DNA from: Chiloscyllium plagiosum
Lineage: Eukaryota
DNA: 64,000 nt
Direction: 5' to 3'
Assembly: GCF_004010195.1 (NCBI RefSeq)
Contig: NC_057714.1
Span: 46,550,558-46,614,557 of the forward strand
A program made the translations under genes and the position numbers. Shown in pieces: positions 1-14,400 of this stretch (positions within the stretch are counted from its first letter, which is position 1; every line of letters starts with the position of its first letter). Under the pieces are notes generated by a model that worked only from the letters and a program-made list of their open reading frames with translations, ran no database searches and had not been told where the DNA came from.

Positions 1-1469
1 GTGTAATCCTCCAGAGGTCCTGAACATCATTGCTGCCAGTGTTCAGCCAATTCAATTCCGCTTTTTATTGAAAAGTATTTAGAGGAACTTGACATTTCAG
101 AAGTAATACTGAAAACTTCTGCTCCAGGACTACTACAACGCTTGCGTTTACCCAACAATGTGCAAAATTGCCCAAGTATGTCCTGTACAGAAAAAGCAGG
201 ATCGATCCAACCCAGCCTTTTGATAGCCAGGGCTATCAAGCAGCACTTGCTCAGTGATGACTGGTTTGGGTTCTGCCAGGGCCACTCCGCTCCTGACCTT
301 CATTACAGCCTTGGTTCAAACATGGACAAAAAAGCTGAATTCTGGAGGTGAGAGTGACCGCCCTTGTCATTAAGGCCACATTTGATTGAATGAGACATCA
401 AGGAACTGTCATGTGAGCAATTGAGGATTCTGGATCTGTTCTAAGATTTTAGAAGGATGGGGGGGCGGGTAATCGAATTGAAACTCTCAGAAGACTGAGA
501 GGCCTGGCTAGAGTGGACATGGCGAAGATGTTTCCACTAGTAGGAGAAACTAGAACCTGAGGGCACAGACTAGGAGTGAGGGGACAACCCTTTTGATGAG
601 GAATTTTAGACAGTGGTGAATATGTGGAACGTATTGCCGCAGATGGCTCTGGAGGCCAAGTCATTGAGCGTATTTATTTGATTAAGGTCACAGGGAACAG
701 AGAATGGGGTTGAGAAACATATTAGACGTGATTGGCGTAGTAGTCTTAGTGGGCCAAGTGGCCTAATTCTGCTCCTATATCTTTTGGTCTCATGGAGTCA
801 AAAGGAATCGGGTGGGGAAGCTCTTTGCTGGATGGAATCATACCAGACATCTAGGAACATGGTTGTGGTTGCTGGAAATCTGTCATCTCCAGGATGTGTC
901 TGGAGGGGTTCTTTGGGGTAGTATCCTAGGCCCAGCCATCTTCAGCTGCTTCATCAGTAACCTTCCCTCCATGTTGTTTTTAGGAACAATAAGTCCTTCC
1001 AAGACCCACTGCTTGGAACTGTTAGTGGCCACCTTGGCCAGGCCGTGGAACAGAGTCACAAGATAGCCCTTTGACTTGCCTGCCCCTTCCCACACCAAAT
1101 GCCCGTAGATCAGGAGTGAGGAGCTGAAGTGTAACCAAAACTTTAGTAGCAGCCCCTTCAAATAAACCAAAAATGTGCTGCAAATGGAAACATTCTACAT
1201 AGACCTGAAACACTCCAGGTTACAAAATCTACACGAGCAAATTATAGTGAATGTGAATCTGGATAAGGGCCTGAGTAACATTTATGATACAGAGGTCATT
1301 CATACCTTTTTTTTGTGGAGCTGAAAAAGACAGCAAGTTAAAAATAAACATTCCCTGCTGCTCCATAATTTTTTTTTTCAAAATGTTTCGGTTCATAAAG
1401 CCCAGGGTTACAAGAAATTAAAACTTCAAAAAGAGGGTATACTTGACGAGTTTTGAGAATTCTTGTCCA

Positions 1470-1730
1470 TCCTAGGACAAGCCAAACACAGAGACACACC
1501 AGAATTCCTAAATGCATAGCATTCCAACCATCCTCTACCAGCAAACACATTGACTTGGATCCCGTTTACCACCCACTGAGACGAAGAAAGGGAAATGACA
1601 TCACCAACCCAAGGAAACCTAAACACAAATAGAAAGTGGGCCATGCCGCCAGCAATGATGTTACCTAGTATGGTGACGAATCATCTGAAAACAAACCCTA
1701 CAGCTCAGCGAGCAAACCTACATCCAAGAG
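1470..1730 (+). mobile_element. Penelope-like element 3' fragment, same family as 4864-5500
   Basis: Degenerate LGQAKH...NKHIDLDP coding tail followed by tgatgttacctagtatggtgacgaa, a hammerhead remnant. Confidence 0.7.
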
Positions 1731-2292
1731 GGTATACCTGTCAAGAACAATTGAACAAAGTCTGGCTGTTTACTGTAGAGAAGAGGGGATCAATGAGAGA
1801 CCTCATGAGGTGTTTAACATCACGAAAAGATTCAACTGTTGGTATAGTAAAATATTTTCACCCACTGCTGAGATCAAAATTAGGGCCAAACTAAAATGTA
1901 AACACTAGTAAATTCAACAGGGAATTCGGGAAAAATCGTATTTGACTAAAGTATGGTAAGATTGTAATATGTGCCCTCACATAAAATAGTTGAGGCAAAC
2001 TGCACAGAGGAAGAAAATAATATAAGGAAATGTTAACAGGATTAGATGAGATGAGATAGGCAGCAGTCAGCCTGAATGACATCTTTATATGCTATGTAAA
2101 CACTACAAAGGCCACTAAATTTTATGAAGATATGTACACACATCTAATAAAGTTTAAGCCCGTACTGGATCAATCATTATTTTCAAACCCTTATGTAAAT
2201 TCCTTTTCTCTCTTGTCAGGGAACAAAGGTTCTGACAGATTAACTGTCTTTGGTGGACCATAACAATGCTTTCACAAAGATTAGTAGATCTT

Positions 2293-2489
2293 CTATCTCC
2301 CAGCTTGTCCTTTGCACATGAGCTTTCCTATGGTATAAAAGGCCATCTCTAATGGTGCGCCTTTGGTATCGCCAAAGTGTACAGCTTGGATGGGCAGTGA
2401 TGATTTATCACGTAGAATTCCTTCATCTGTTCTCCAAATGTGGTCATTGCTATCACAATTGCAAAGCTTTCCTGGGACAGAACAGGATC
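2293..2489 (-). CDS. Coding exon 14 (last), fibrinogen-like domain 2, part d, with TAG stop
   Basis: [65 protein letters not shown]; no transmembrane or GPI-like tail. Confidence 0.9.
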
Positions 2490-5400
2490 CTAGAAGATCA
2501 ACAAAAGAGATTGATAACCGTCAATTCATATAATGCTTCATATATTTTAATTGAAATATCTGGGACAGCTATATCTGAATACAGGTATAACCAGAGTTGA
2601 GTTCTTCTGTTGTTGACTTCACTCCATTACTTCATCACCCTTTTAGCGTAGTTTTTGGAAGTTTGTTTATCAATTTCTGCCTTAAATATAATTAATTTGC
2701 TCACTAAGACTTCAACTTGGCTTCATGCTTCATTATTTTCAATCTCTCCATTCTATCAACTCAGGCATACCATAATATCTTCCTGCTTTACCAACAATAG
2801 CAAAGATGAAAGTTAAAACACTCTGGAATTCTTTCAACTCCCCGGACTTGTGTTTTTCCCTGTCTCCTTACCATTAAAAATTTATGCTAAATTTACTTCA
2901 TTGAGAACATTTTCATTCATAGAATCTTAGATTCCCCGCAGTGTGCAAGCAGGCCATTCAGCCTATCCTATCCCTGTAACTCTGTATTTACCATGGCCAA
3001 TCCACCTGACCTGCACATCTTTGGATTGTGGGAGGGAAACAGAGCACCCAGAGGAAACCCACACAGACATGGAGAGAACATGCAATCTCCACACAGATAG
3101 TCGCCCAAGGCTGGAATCAAACCCAGGTCCCTGCTGCTGTGAGGTAGCAGTGCTAACCACTGACCCACTATATTGCCCGTTACTTCTAGTTTACTACACC
3201 TTCCTCTGCCATCACAGTTACTTACAAACTTTTTCATAAATAAATAGCCTTCTTTTGAGCAGGTCTGTGTTTCACCTGAAGGGATTTTGTTACATATTTT
3301 GGTGTCATGCTGTTTCCAATACATTTTTTGTAACTACAAGCAAATTGTAAATCAGAACAATTAAGATCATGACTCATCTCAAACTTTGAATAGTCATGTT
3401 ATAGTTTCATATTTTTAATATATAACATCAAGCCAAATTTAATTTCCCAAAGATCACATAGTAATTCTATGTAAACCTGTAGATGAGCAGGCTATCTACA
3501 ATGGAGTAATGAGTTTTACAAAGACATTTATTATTTTAAGATCTTTAACCCAAGTTAGAAGTGATGTTCTTCAGGAGATAATTTAATTACTGTTCAAAGG
3601 TAGAACATTAATATAATAGGTGAATATTTAGAGTAGATGCAGTATGTTATGTTCAAAGTGAAATAGCATTCTCACTATTTTTCTGAACTATTTCTTGTTG
3701 AACTTAATGGAGTAATTTTCTTAAGTGGTCATAGCAAGTATGGGAGATTCTGAGGAAGAGTCACTCAACCCAAAACATTAACTCTGATTTCTCCCCACAG
3801 ACACTGCTGGACCTACTGAGCTTTTCCAGCAATTTCTATTTTTTGTCCCTGCCTTAGATATTAGATATAGAACTCCTACAATGTGGAAACAGGCCATTTG
3901 GCTCAACAAGTCCACATGAACCCTCTGAAGAGTATCCCTCCCAGATCCATCCCCTTAACCGGTAATCCTACATTTCCCATGACTAATGCACATAGCAGAC
4001 ACTTCCCTGTACATACTATGGGCAATTTAACACAGCCAATTCACCTAACCTGCATATCTTTGGACCGTGGGAGGAAACCCATGCAAACACAAGCTACCAC
4101 CACATAGATAGTGGTCTAAGGCTAGAACTGAACCTGGAACTCTGACACTGTGAGACAGCAGTGCTAAACCACTGAGCCACCATGCCATGCCACTTTAACT
4201 GATTAAAGTGCTTTATTAGGTATAGATTGGTTCATCTTTAATTTGTAACAAATTAATCAAGTTATTGCAACATTTATATCACATGACTCTGAATAAAACA
4301 GGTTTTAAACTTCATTTATTAAATCTAAATTAGTGAAATTATGATCATCAAAAATATTCTGCTCCCCGTACTGAACCAGTAAAAATGGTAACATTTTAAC
4401 CTACCTTCATAAAGATGTTACACCATTTTAAAACTTACAGTGGGTTTTATTTTTAATCCTGAAAACCAATAATCCATAGTCCAGAACACAGCTAATTAAA
4501 GCTGATGGTTTGGAGTTTCTCAGATACCTGTCATTCCACAAGCACAGCGACCACTCTCTGGACTTGCACCTCCCCAGTAGAACATTCTTCTTCCATCCCA
4601 GGATGTCCACCAGCCCCAGGCTGCTTGAATGAAGCGAATATGGCGACAGTCCAGCTATAGACACAATAGCACATTCTGAACAGGAGCAACATAAAACCAT
4701 AAAGCACTTATTCCTGCAACCCTATTCAGGTTTATTTTTACTAGATTATATGCTTTTTCAAGTAGTTTTTGATGCATTTAGAACAGCTAGAGATTCTACC
4801 ACGCTGCCTTCGCCCTCCCCCCCCCAATTATCCCAGAAGCCCCCTCTAACACACACATTATTATCAGGTTGTAAGTTTGGTCACTGAGCTGGTAGGTTTG
4901 TTGTCAGCTGTTTCATCACCATGCTCGGTAACATTATCAGTGAGCCTCCGGTGAAGCAGTATTGTTCTTTCCCACTTGCTATTTATGTGTCTTGGTCTAT
5001 TGTGGTGGATAGTATCATTTCTGGTTCTGTTTCTGAGAGGTTGGTAAATGGGGTCCAAATCAATGTGTTTGTTAATGGAGTTCGGGTTTGAATGCCAGAC
5101 CTCCAGGAATTTCCGTGCATGTTTTTGTTTAGTCTGTCCCAGGATGGATGTATTGTCCCAGTCGAACTGGTGTCCCTCTTTGTTTGTGTGTGTGGATACC
5201 AGTGATAGTTGGTCATGTTTTTTGGTGGCTAGTTGGTGCTCATGTATCCTGGTGGCTAGTTTCCTGCCCATCTGTCCAATGTAATGTTTGTTGCAGTCCT
5301 TGCAGGGTATTTTGTACATAATGTTTGTTTTGCTGGTTGTGGGTACGGGAACCTTTAAATTAATCAGTGGTTGCTTTAGTGTAGTAGTCAGTTTGTGGGC

Positions 5401-8400
5401 TACCATGATGCCTTGGGGCCGAAGCAGTCTGGTGGTCATCTCTGAAATGTTTTTGATGTATGATAGGGTAACTAGAGTCTCTGGGCATGTTGTGTCTTGC
5501 TAGGCAAAAGTGAGGACTGCAGATGCTGGAGATTAGAGTCAAGATCGGAGTGATGCTGGAAAGGCACAGCAGGTCAGGCAGCATCCAAGGAGCAGGAAAA
5601 TCGACGTTTCGGGCAGGAGTCTTCATCAGGAATCAGAAACAGTGTTGTGTCTTCCTGTTTAGATCTGTTGTGGTGCCTTGTTTATTCAGCTCTATAATCT
5701 GTCAGTGAGTTCAATTTTATTTAACCACAAAGTGATTTATTTTTGGAGGAGGCAGGAAATGGAGAGTTTATTTCCATCATGTTGGATTGTACATGCGCTA
5801 CACAGTATCTTCATTTATTTAGTGAATTCAAATAATAAAGCTATTTTTTTAATTTCACAAAAAACAAAGGTGTTCAGAGGCAAGGCACCAACAGGTTGAA
5901 TGAAAGGGAAAACTGGAAAGCTGAATGAATGGACGATCAGTCACTGTGGGTCCACGGTGCTATTGGAAATTATCAGGACAGGCCAACAATGGAATTAACC
6001 CTCAAATAGAATTAGATTTTGGATTGAAGTAACAACAAGCATAGGGTTTAGAAAAAAATTGCAATGTATAGGAGATGAAAGAACATAAATTTTGCAAAAC
6101 TGTTGAGAAAGCTTAAAAATCTGCACTGATAATAAACTGTGCTCTTTATGAATTTTCCATTGCTCTGACCTTGACATACTGCTCACAGGATTCAGAAATG
6201 CTTGTGAGAGCATTCAGCTGATTCAGCTCTGCTTCATATTTTATCTCTTTTCTGTAGCAGCCAGGATCCTCACAGGGAGCTACTCTTGTGCGTCTTTCAC
6301 TGTCATGGCTCACGATGGTTATACCTGCATCAGACACATGGCAGTCAGTGGTTTTTTTTGAAAACTCTTATGTAAACACCTTGTTATAATTTGTGGCCAA
6401 GATTTTCTTCTTAGTTGCTGTTGAATTTGTGGCAAATTAACGTGTTTTGGTGTAAAGGCATAATTCATATTTTCTTCTGAATCCCATTGTTTTATTGTCA
6501 TGCGATGAAGCAGAATAAATTTGCAATTGATTTAGCAACTTCATCTCCAGTTAACTGCCATTATGAGAAGGGATGCAACAAGACATTCTTTGTAATTCCA
6601 GCATGAACAATTATTTTTCTAATTATTGAAGTAGAATGTGCATAATATGGTATAAATTATTAGATGGAAACATTGCTTCATTTATCAGAATACCCTTCTG
6701 GTGAGTTTCATGATTTTTATCCTGAGGGCTGTGAATTAAAATCCTGCTCACAATGCTATCTTTTGGAATGAGATGGGTATGAAAGGGTTAACACAGTTTT
6801 GTTCTGGTACTTGGAAAGTTATCAATTGAATGCTAATACAGCTTCGATCATTCAATTTAACTGCTGCATTTGTGTATCACAATGCTGCCTGTGTAGCATT
6901 CTACTAATCACCACATCATTCAGACTGGTCGTAAAATCAGAGATGGGAAATTCTGGATTGAATTTAGATTAAGATGATTTTGGACCAGTTCAATATCCTA
7001 GAAATTTGCCAAGTTTTGATTGTAAAACTGTTGCAAAATTTGGACCAGTTGGGCCTATAAACTAATGTCCCTTTAGTAAATGATTCTGGACAGTAGTTTA
7101 TCTGATTCTGCTATTCAGCAGGTTACCAATAAACTGAATGGCAGCTGAGGATAGCAGCAGCCTTCCTACCGTGCTACACTCTCCACAACAACCCACCTTT
7201 GACGGTCCCTATCCCCACCAACACTCAGCATCATAAGTGGGATTTTAATTGCAAGTCACCTACAGATGTATATGACATGAGTAGAGCCCAAAATGTCAGT
7301 TTACAAACCCTGAAGAAATTCCAACACTCCTGAAAAATTTCAAGCACATTTTGCCTCTGGAATACATCCCTAAAAAGTTAACATTTTAGAATAAATGTGC
7401 TCATAACTATACCTGTAAAATTCTGATTCAATTATCTTAATTGATACGTGTTAAAATTTGTGTTTACTTTAAAGTTTACCATGGAGATTCCATCATTTAG
7501 CTGATATCGTTCTATGACAATGTGATTGTGAAGGATAAACAGGATGTGTGCTAATAGGCAGGTGGAACTGGTTTCGTATGGAATTAGGGCCGGCACAGAT
7601 TGGTTAGGCCACAGGGTCTGTTTCCATGCAGTATGACTCAATGAATGGCTGCAACTACATTGTGTCTTAAATGTATTTCTGTAGTTTTGAACTTATTCAT
7701 TCATGAGTCTTTCAATTATGTTGTTAACAGCGCAGTTGATTTTCGGCTTTTGTTCAGATCAAGAATAACTAGCGACAGTCACTTGTCATTTTGACAGAAT
7801 CTAATTACCTGTTGATTGGTCAGAGGTCAAATCACAGAAAACTTCAAATGATGCAACTCCCCTTCCAGCACCATCTGGGTCAATGACATAACGACGTGAT
7901 TCCTGGAACCCTGCCTTTTTCAGTGCAGTACAGGACTCCAGCACCGAAACCTGGGAACCTATAAACCACAAGCAAATCACACAGTCAGTGTTAAATTGAC
8001 TGCATGTAGAAAATATACATGGACAGCATCACCTCAAGGACAAAGGACTTGCCACATATGGTTTGCACTTTCACTCTGGTTTGTATGTCTTTCAGCAATA
8101 ACAATTCAACAACAACTTGATTTTTTTTTAAATTAAAAGAAAGTCTCAAGTTATTTCACAAATAGGGTTGAAAGAGATAGATGTCAAACACAGGAGGAAG
8201 AGATTAAGGGACTGAGGTAGGTTAGTGGGGAACTGTGCATTTGTTTTGGGAGGTGGGTTTTAAGAAATTTCTTGCTAAGGAGGAACTTGTAGCAATTATA
8301 ACCTCAACATCTGAGGGAGGGCTCTGTGGCGAACGTTGTAGTGAAAGGGTGTGGGGGGATATTCCAAAAGTCCCAAGTAAAAGGGATAGAGGGAAGGAAA

Positions 8401-11400
8401 TAGGTCTGAAAGAGATTATAGGGATCGAATTAGAAAAAGCAAAAGGAAATTTTGCCAAGTACTTTCCAATCCTTTTATTAATTATTTAAACCTCCGTTTC
8501 TGTATATTTATCAGTGCCGTGTAAAGTAGTTCAAATCCCTTTTCAGCCTCCTGTTCTATGATTGAGATTGTGTTAGCTTACTGTTGTGAATCTGTGCTCT
8601 GCTAAATCTTAAATGCCTACAAGGTTAAAATTGAGCCTTTTCCACTAGAAACATTCAAAATCTCCACAGCCTCCCATCAGAATTCATGTTTAATCCTAGC
8701 TACGGATTCAGAGCCCTTCACTGCACGGTCTCCAATGCTTAGTTGTCTTTCATATAATTGATTGATTGTACATTGTCTCCCACATGGGACTGAGCCAATG
8801 CATTATACAAACTCTATCACTGAGATATATGTACTACTGGTTTAGTTATACATCCCAAGATCCTACTTAACTCTATTCACTGCTGCTTTACAATGTTTTG
8901 TGGGCTTCAGCAATTTATCTACCAATGTCTGCAAATCCTTTTCTTGCATTTTTACTGTAAAATAAGACCTTGTGGTGCCACTGCTTATTAACTTTACAGC
9001 TAAAAAGATTGGCATCTTTTCAGTGAAGCTAGTCTTTGCTGAACAGTTTTCTCCTTCCCAAGGAATAGTTCTAATGTATCGTGGTTCCACATGCACCATG
9101 CTTTAAGCCTCACAATCTATTTTTGTCTCTCTCACCCAGCTCAGAGTGTGGCACTTCTAGTAATTCCAAGATTACTACCTTAGGAATCTCAAACTATTCC
9201 TTTCCCTTTGAAACTGAATTTCAAAGGCTTGAGCCTGCTCTTTCATAATTGCGTCCTATGTTAACCAAAGCCTGTGGCTATTTTCACAATCCTTTAAGAA
9301 ATGTTTCTCTACCTACTTATTAAATCTTGAGGCAAAGTACCATAGGGAACTCCTGACATGACTGCAAAAGAAAAATTAGCTATCTCTCTATTAATAGGGT
9401 CTGTATAATGATGACCTTCCTGTTTTTTTCTACTTCCTTAACAGTGTTTTTTTCTCTCATTATGCCCTGCTGTCTGCTTCATAGCTATTCAGTATCTGGC
9501 AATAGCATTGGAAGTTTGGGAATACCCATATTTTTGAACTCCATTTCTTCAGCAGTGACCTATTTAGTTAATTTTTCAATCTGTGGAATAGTGGTAACAT
9601 GGAATGTGTGGAATTTAACTCTGCACTTTGGAAGCTGTACCCCTGATCATAAATGTCAGGTGCACACTTGCCTCCATCCTGGTGACTTTCCTACAAACAC
9701 TTTGACTGGTCCTTAATTGGATCAAGGCAGGTCTCTCAGTATCTTCTGGGAAGGAAGTCCCGCCTCTGAGATCTAATGAACAATCAAATGGCTGGCAGAT
9801 CCCACCAGTGCCACCACGAGTGATGGTCACTACTGGTACTGCATCCAATTCCCAATATGATCATTCTTGGAACCAGTCACCAAGGTAACTGGAAGGGCTT
9901 CGTGAGGGCCAGACTATGGCTGGAGATAGGGTCTAGTATGGGAAACTGCGGTAGATAAGTCACAGAAGGAGGGGAAAGATCTTGAGGAGGTTGGCCTCCA
10001 AGGGACTTCACTCACCACCAAAACAGTACTGAAAGTGCCAGACAGCAGACTTGATGCCAGCCTCTGCCTGCTGTGCATAACATTGCAGCAGGAATAGGGG
10101 AGGGTAGATAGGTGCCAAGAGCCATGCCCATAGTATTGAGTCCAATTTTTTTAAAACCACAACCACTGCCAACCTGCTCCTGGGCGAATATAAAATTCAA
10201 GCTCAAATGTTGCATTTTGCAGACATCAACTCGTCATTAAAATGTCGGTAACACAATTCTCTGATAATTCCGACCAATGTAATGTCCACCATGCACAGGA
10301 CTGCCCACAGTTTATATATTACATGTCATGAGCTGTTCTTATTAGTCAATTATTTCCAAATGATGAATCCATCTTTTATATGCAATAGTTGACTCACCAA
10401 TCATTACTAGTCTTGATCAAGCTTTCCCAAAGTAGTCCGACTAAAGAAACAATGAGGAAAAAGAACATGCTTGTATTTTAGATTAGATTAGATTCCCTAC
10501 AGTGTGGAAACAGGCCCTTGTTGTCACGAAAGTACCAAAGAGATAGTAAAGGCAATTAAACCCAAGCCTGGCTTCCAGAAGTTAAAAACAATATAAGGAA
10601 TTGACCTGGGAACAGTCTCCCTCTAACTTTAGTCCCAGAATTATACTTCAAAAAAAAACTAAATTACAGTAATCACAGATGTTATTCTGTAATGTTTATT
10701 GTGAGCAAAGGAAGGCAATTCAGAATGAATAATTTCTTCAAATGGAAATGATCTTTGTTTAAAACCTCCTTTTAGTAAGGTCATTGTAATACCATGTATT
10801 ATGAAAGAATGAAATGTTACAATGTTTTTGTGTTTTCCTTGGCTAAAGATGTTTCCAATTTGTAACTAATCAGCCAACTTACCAAAACATCTGCAGTTCA
10901 TAAAATTTGTCACTAAATCTACAAAAAGCATTGAACAGGTAATACAAGTGGGAGTAAAACAACATTTGTTTCAATTGCACCCAAGATGGTTTTTAACCAT
11001 GGAAAGCTAAGTGACAGCTGGATTTCTTGTACTGCAAGAAACCTGTCAGGAAGACTCCTGCTTTGTAACAGGCTGCTATCAAATCAGAGGCACCACCATC
11101 TACAAGGTTTACGCAATATTAAAACTAACATATAATCTTAGCACTTTATGCATAAATCATTTAAACGTTTTTTGAGTTTTCAAAACATTCAAACATCGTA
11201 ACTTTATCCCCCTCACACTGCATTTTTACAACTAAGATGTAAGGGCTGCTCGCAATGAAGCTGGTCACACGCCCGATGTAAGTGCAGCTGGAGTGCAGAG
11301 GATTGGTGGAAAGTTGGGCAAGAACAAGGTACCAAGATCTCTCCACAGAAGTATCTTGGAGAACATTCACTGAGAGGCCAGCGCAATCCTTTTGCCTATT

Positions 11401-14400
11401 GATGTTCCCATAGGTTGAATCTCCAATCTACCCGGGAATTTCAGCCCAGGAAAGAAATCAACTTCCAGGTCTTTGTTAAAATAGATGTAAACATGTGGCC
11501 TATAGGAACATCTAGGGTAAAGTCATTGCCTGATCCAATTTTTACTTATGGTCAGCACTTTGATTCTTGCGTATTGCAAGCAGGGATTTCAACTTTTATA
11601 GGGAACCCACCATTGGTCTACTGACTGTCAATTTATGTATCTAATGTTGTGTATCATCCAAATCCATGCCTCACCCCAATAAGATCTTGGGACCAGCACA
11701 TGCTGTTGAAGGAATATGAAGTTGAAATGGTGGAGGTAGTTCAAGGGAAACTAACCAATTTTCTGGCCTCTGCATTGGAATACCACCAACCCCTGGCAAT
11801 GCCAGAAAATGGTAAAGGTACATACAGCCCCTTTGTAGCCCCAATGTCAAGCTGCATCCCTCTACCCACAACCTCCCATCATGGAGCTTTATGACTTCCA
11901 TGCCAACTTATGTCAATCCTTGCTCCCCTCACCATTTGCCCTTACAACAACCAGTTCATCCAATCCTAAAATCTACCATGGACAGACCTGAAAATCCTGT
12001 TGAATGCAGAGTGCAGGAGGACATGGCAGGAGCAGCATCCGGCATACGGAAAAAGGGGGTATCATCCTGGTGAAACTACCAAATAGGACGACTTGCACTC
12101 CAAACAGCACAAGCAGCAAATGATAGAGCTAATTGAGTTCAAAACCAAAGAATCAGGTTAGTGCTCTGCAGTGCTGCCACATCCAGATGAGAATAATTGT
12201 GGAGAATTAAACAATGCATTGCAGGAGGGGGCTCTACAAATATCTCCATCTCAATGATGGAAGAGTTCAACACATCAGTATAAAAAAGAAGGCTGAAGCA
12301 TTTGCGGCAATCTTCAGCCAGAACGGCCAAGTGGGTGATCCATCTTGGTCTCTTCCAGTGATCCCCAGCATCACATACCAAGTTCAGCCAATTGATTCAC
12401 TCTACATGATACCAAGAAACAGTTGGAGGCACTGGATACTGAAATGGCTATGGGCCCCTGACAACATTCTGGCAATAGTACTGAATATCTGTGCTCCAGA
12501 ACTTGACGCACCCCTGGCTAATCTGTTCCAGTACAGTTACAACACTGACATTTACCCGACAATGTGGAAAACTGTCCAGGTATGTCCTTATTACAAAGTG
12601 AAAACAAATCCAACCCGGCCAATTACCACCCGATCAGTCTGCTCTCGATCATCAGAAAAGTGATGGAAGGTCTCATCAACAGTGCATCAAGCAGCAGCTG
12701 CTCAGCAATAACCTGCTCAGTGACGCCCAGTTTGGATTCCACCAGGGCCACTCAGTTCCTGACTCCACAGGAAACGTTTATGCTACTCAGGTGCCAGGCA
12801 ATAACCATAAGAGGAGATAATCTAGCCATCATCCCCTAACATTTAATCACCTTACCATGGCTGAATTCACCATAATCAAAATCCCAAGGGTTACCATTGA
12901 ACAGAAATTCCATTGGAGGCAGTTCAGAGAAGGTTCACTGGATTAATTCCAAAGATTATAGAGATTGAGCAGTTTAAGCCTGTACCAGATAGAATATTGG
13001 AGCAGGAGAGGAAATTTAATTTAAGTATATAAAACGCTAAACATGGGCATAGAGTCATAGAGATATACAGCACGGAAACAGACCCTTCAGTCCCACTCAT
13101 CCATGCCGACCAGATATCCCAACCCAATCTAATCCCACCTGTGAGCGCCCGGCGCATATCCCTCAAACCCTTCCTATTCACATACCCATCCAAATGCCTT
13201 TTAAATGTTGCAATTGTACCAGCCTGCACCACTTCCTCTGGCAGCTCATTCCATACACGCATCACCCTCTGTGTGAAAATGTTGCCCCTTAGGTCTCTTT
13301 TATATCTTTCCCCTCTCACTGTAAACCTACACCCTTTAGTTCTGGACATTCCCACTCCAGGCAAAAGACTTTGTCTATTTATCCTATCCATGCCCCTCAT
13401 GATTTTATAAACCTCTATAAGGTCACCCCTCAGCCTCCGACGCTCCAGGGAAAACAGCCCTAGCCTATTCAACCTCTCCCCATAGCTCAAATCCGCCAAC
13501 ATCCTTGGCAACATCCTTGTAACTCTTTTCTGAACCCTTTCAAGTTTCACAACATCCTTCCGATAGGAAGGGGACCAGAATTGCATGCAATATTCCAAAA
13601 GTGTTTAGATTACAGTGGTGCTGGAAAAGCATAACAGGTCAGGCAGCATCCGAGGAGCAGGAAAATCGATGTTTCGGGCAAAATCCCTTCATCAAAGCAC
13701 TGATGAAGGGATTTTGTCCTAAACATCGATTTTCCTGCTCCTCGGATGCTGCCAGATCTGCTGTGCTTTTCCAGCACCACTCTGATCTAAACTCTGTTTT
13801 CCAGCATCTGCAGTCCTCACTTTTGCCTATATTCCAACAGTGGCCTAACCAATGTCCTGTACAGATGCAAGATGACCTCCCAACTCCTGTACTCAATACT
13901 CTGACCAATAAAAGAAAGCATACCAAACGCCTTCTTCGCTATACTATCTACCTGCAATTCTACTTTCAAGGAGCTATGAACCTGCACTCCAAGGTCTTTT
14001 TGTTCAGCAACACTCCCTAGGACTTTAACATTAAGTGTATAAGTCCTGCTAAGATTTGCTTTCCCAAAATGCAGCACCTTGCATTTATCTGAATTAAACG
14101 CCATCTGCCACTTCTCAGCCCATTGGCCCATCTGATCAAGATCCCATTGTAATCTGAGGTAACCTTCTACGCTGTCCACTACACTTACAATTTTGGTGTC
14201 ATCTACAAACTTACTAACTATACTCCCTATGTTCATATCCAAATTATTTATATAAATGACGAAAAGTAGTGGACACAGCACTGATCCTTGTGGCACTCCA
14301 CTGGTCACAGGCCTCCAGTCTGAAAAACAACCCTCCACTACCACCCTCTGTCTTCTACCTTTGAGTCAGTTTAATATCCAAATGGCTAGTTCTCCTGCAT

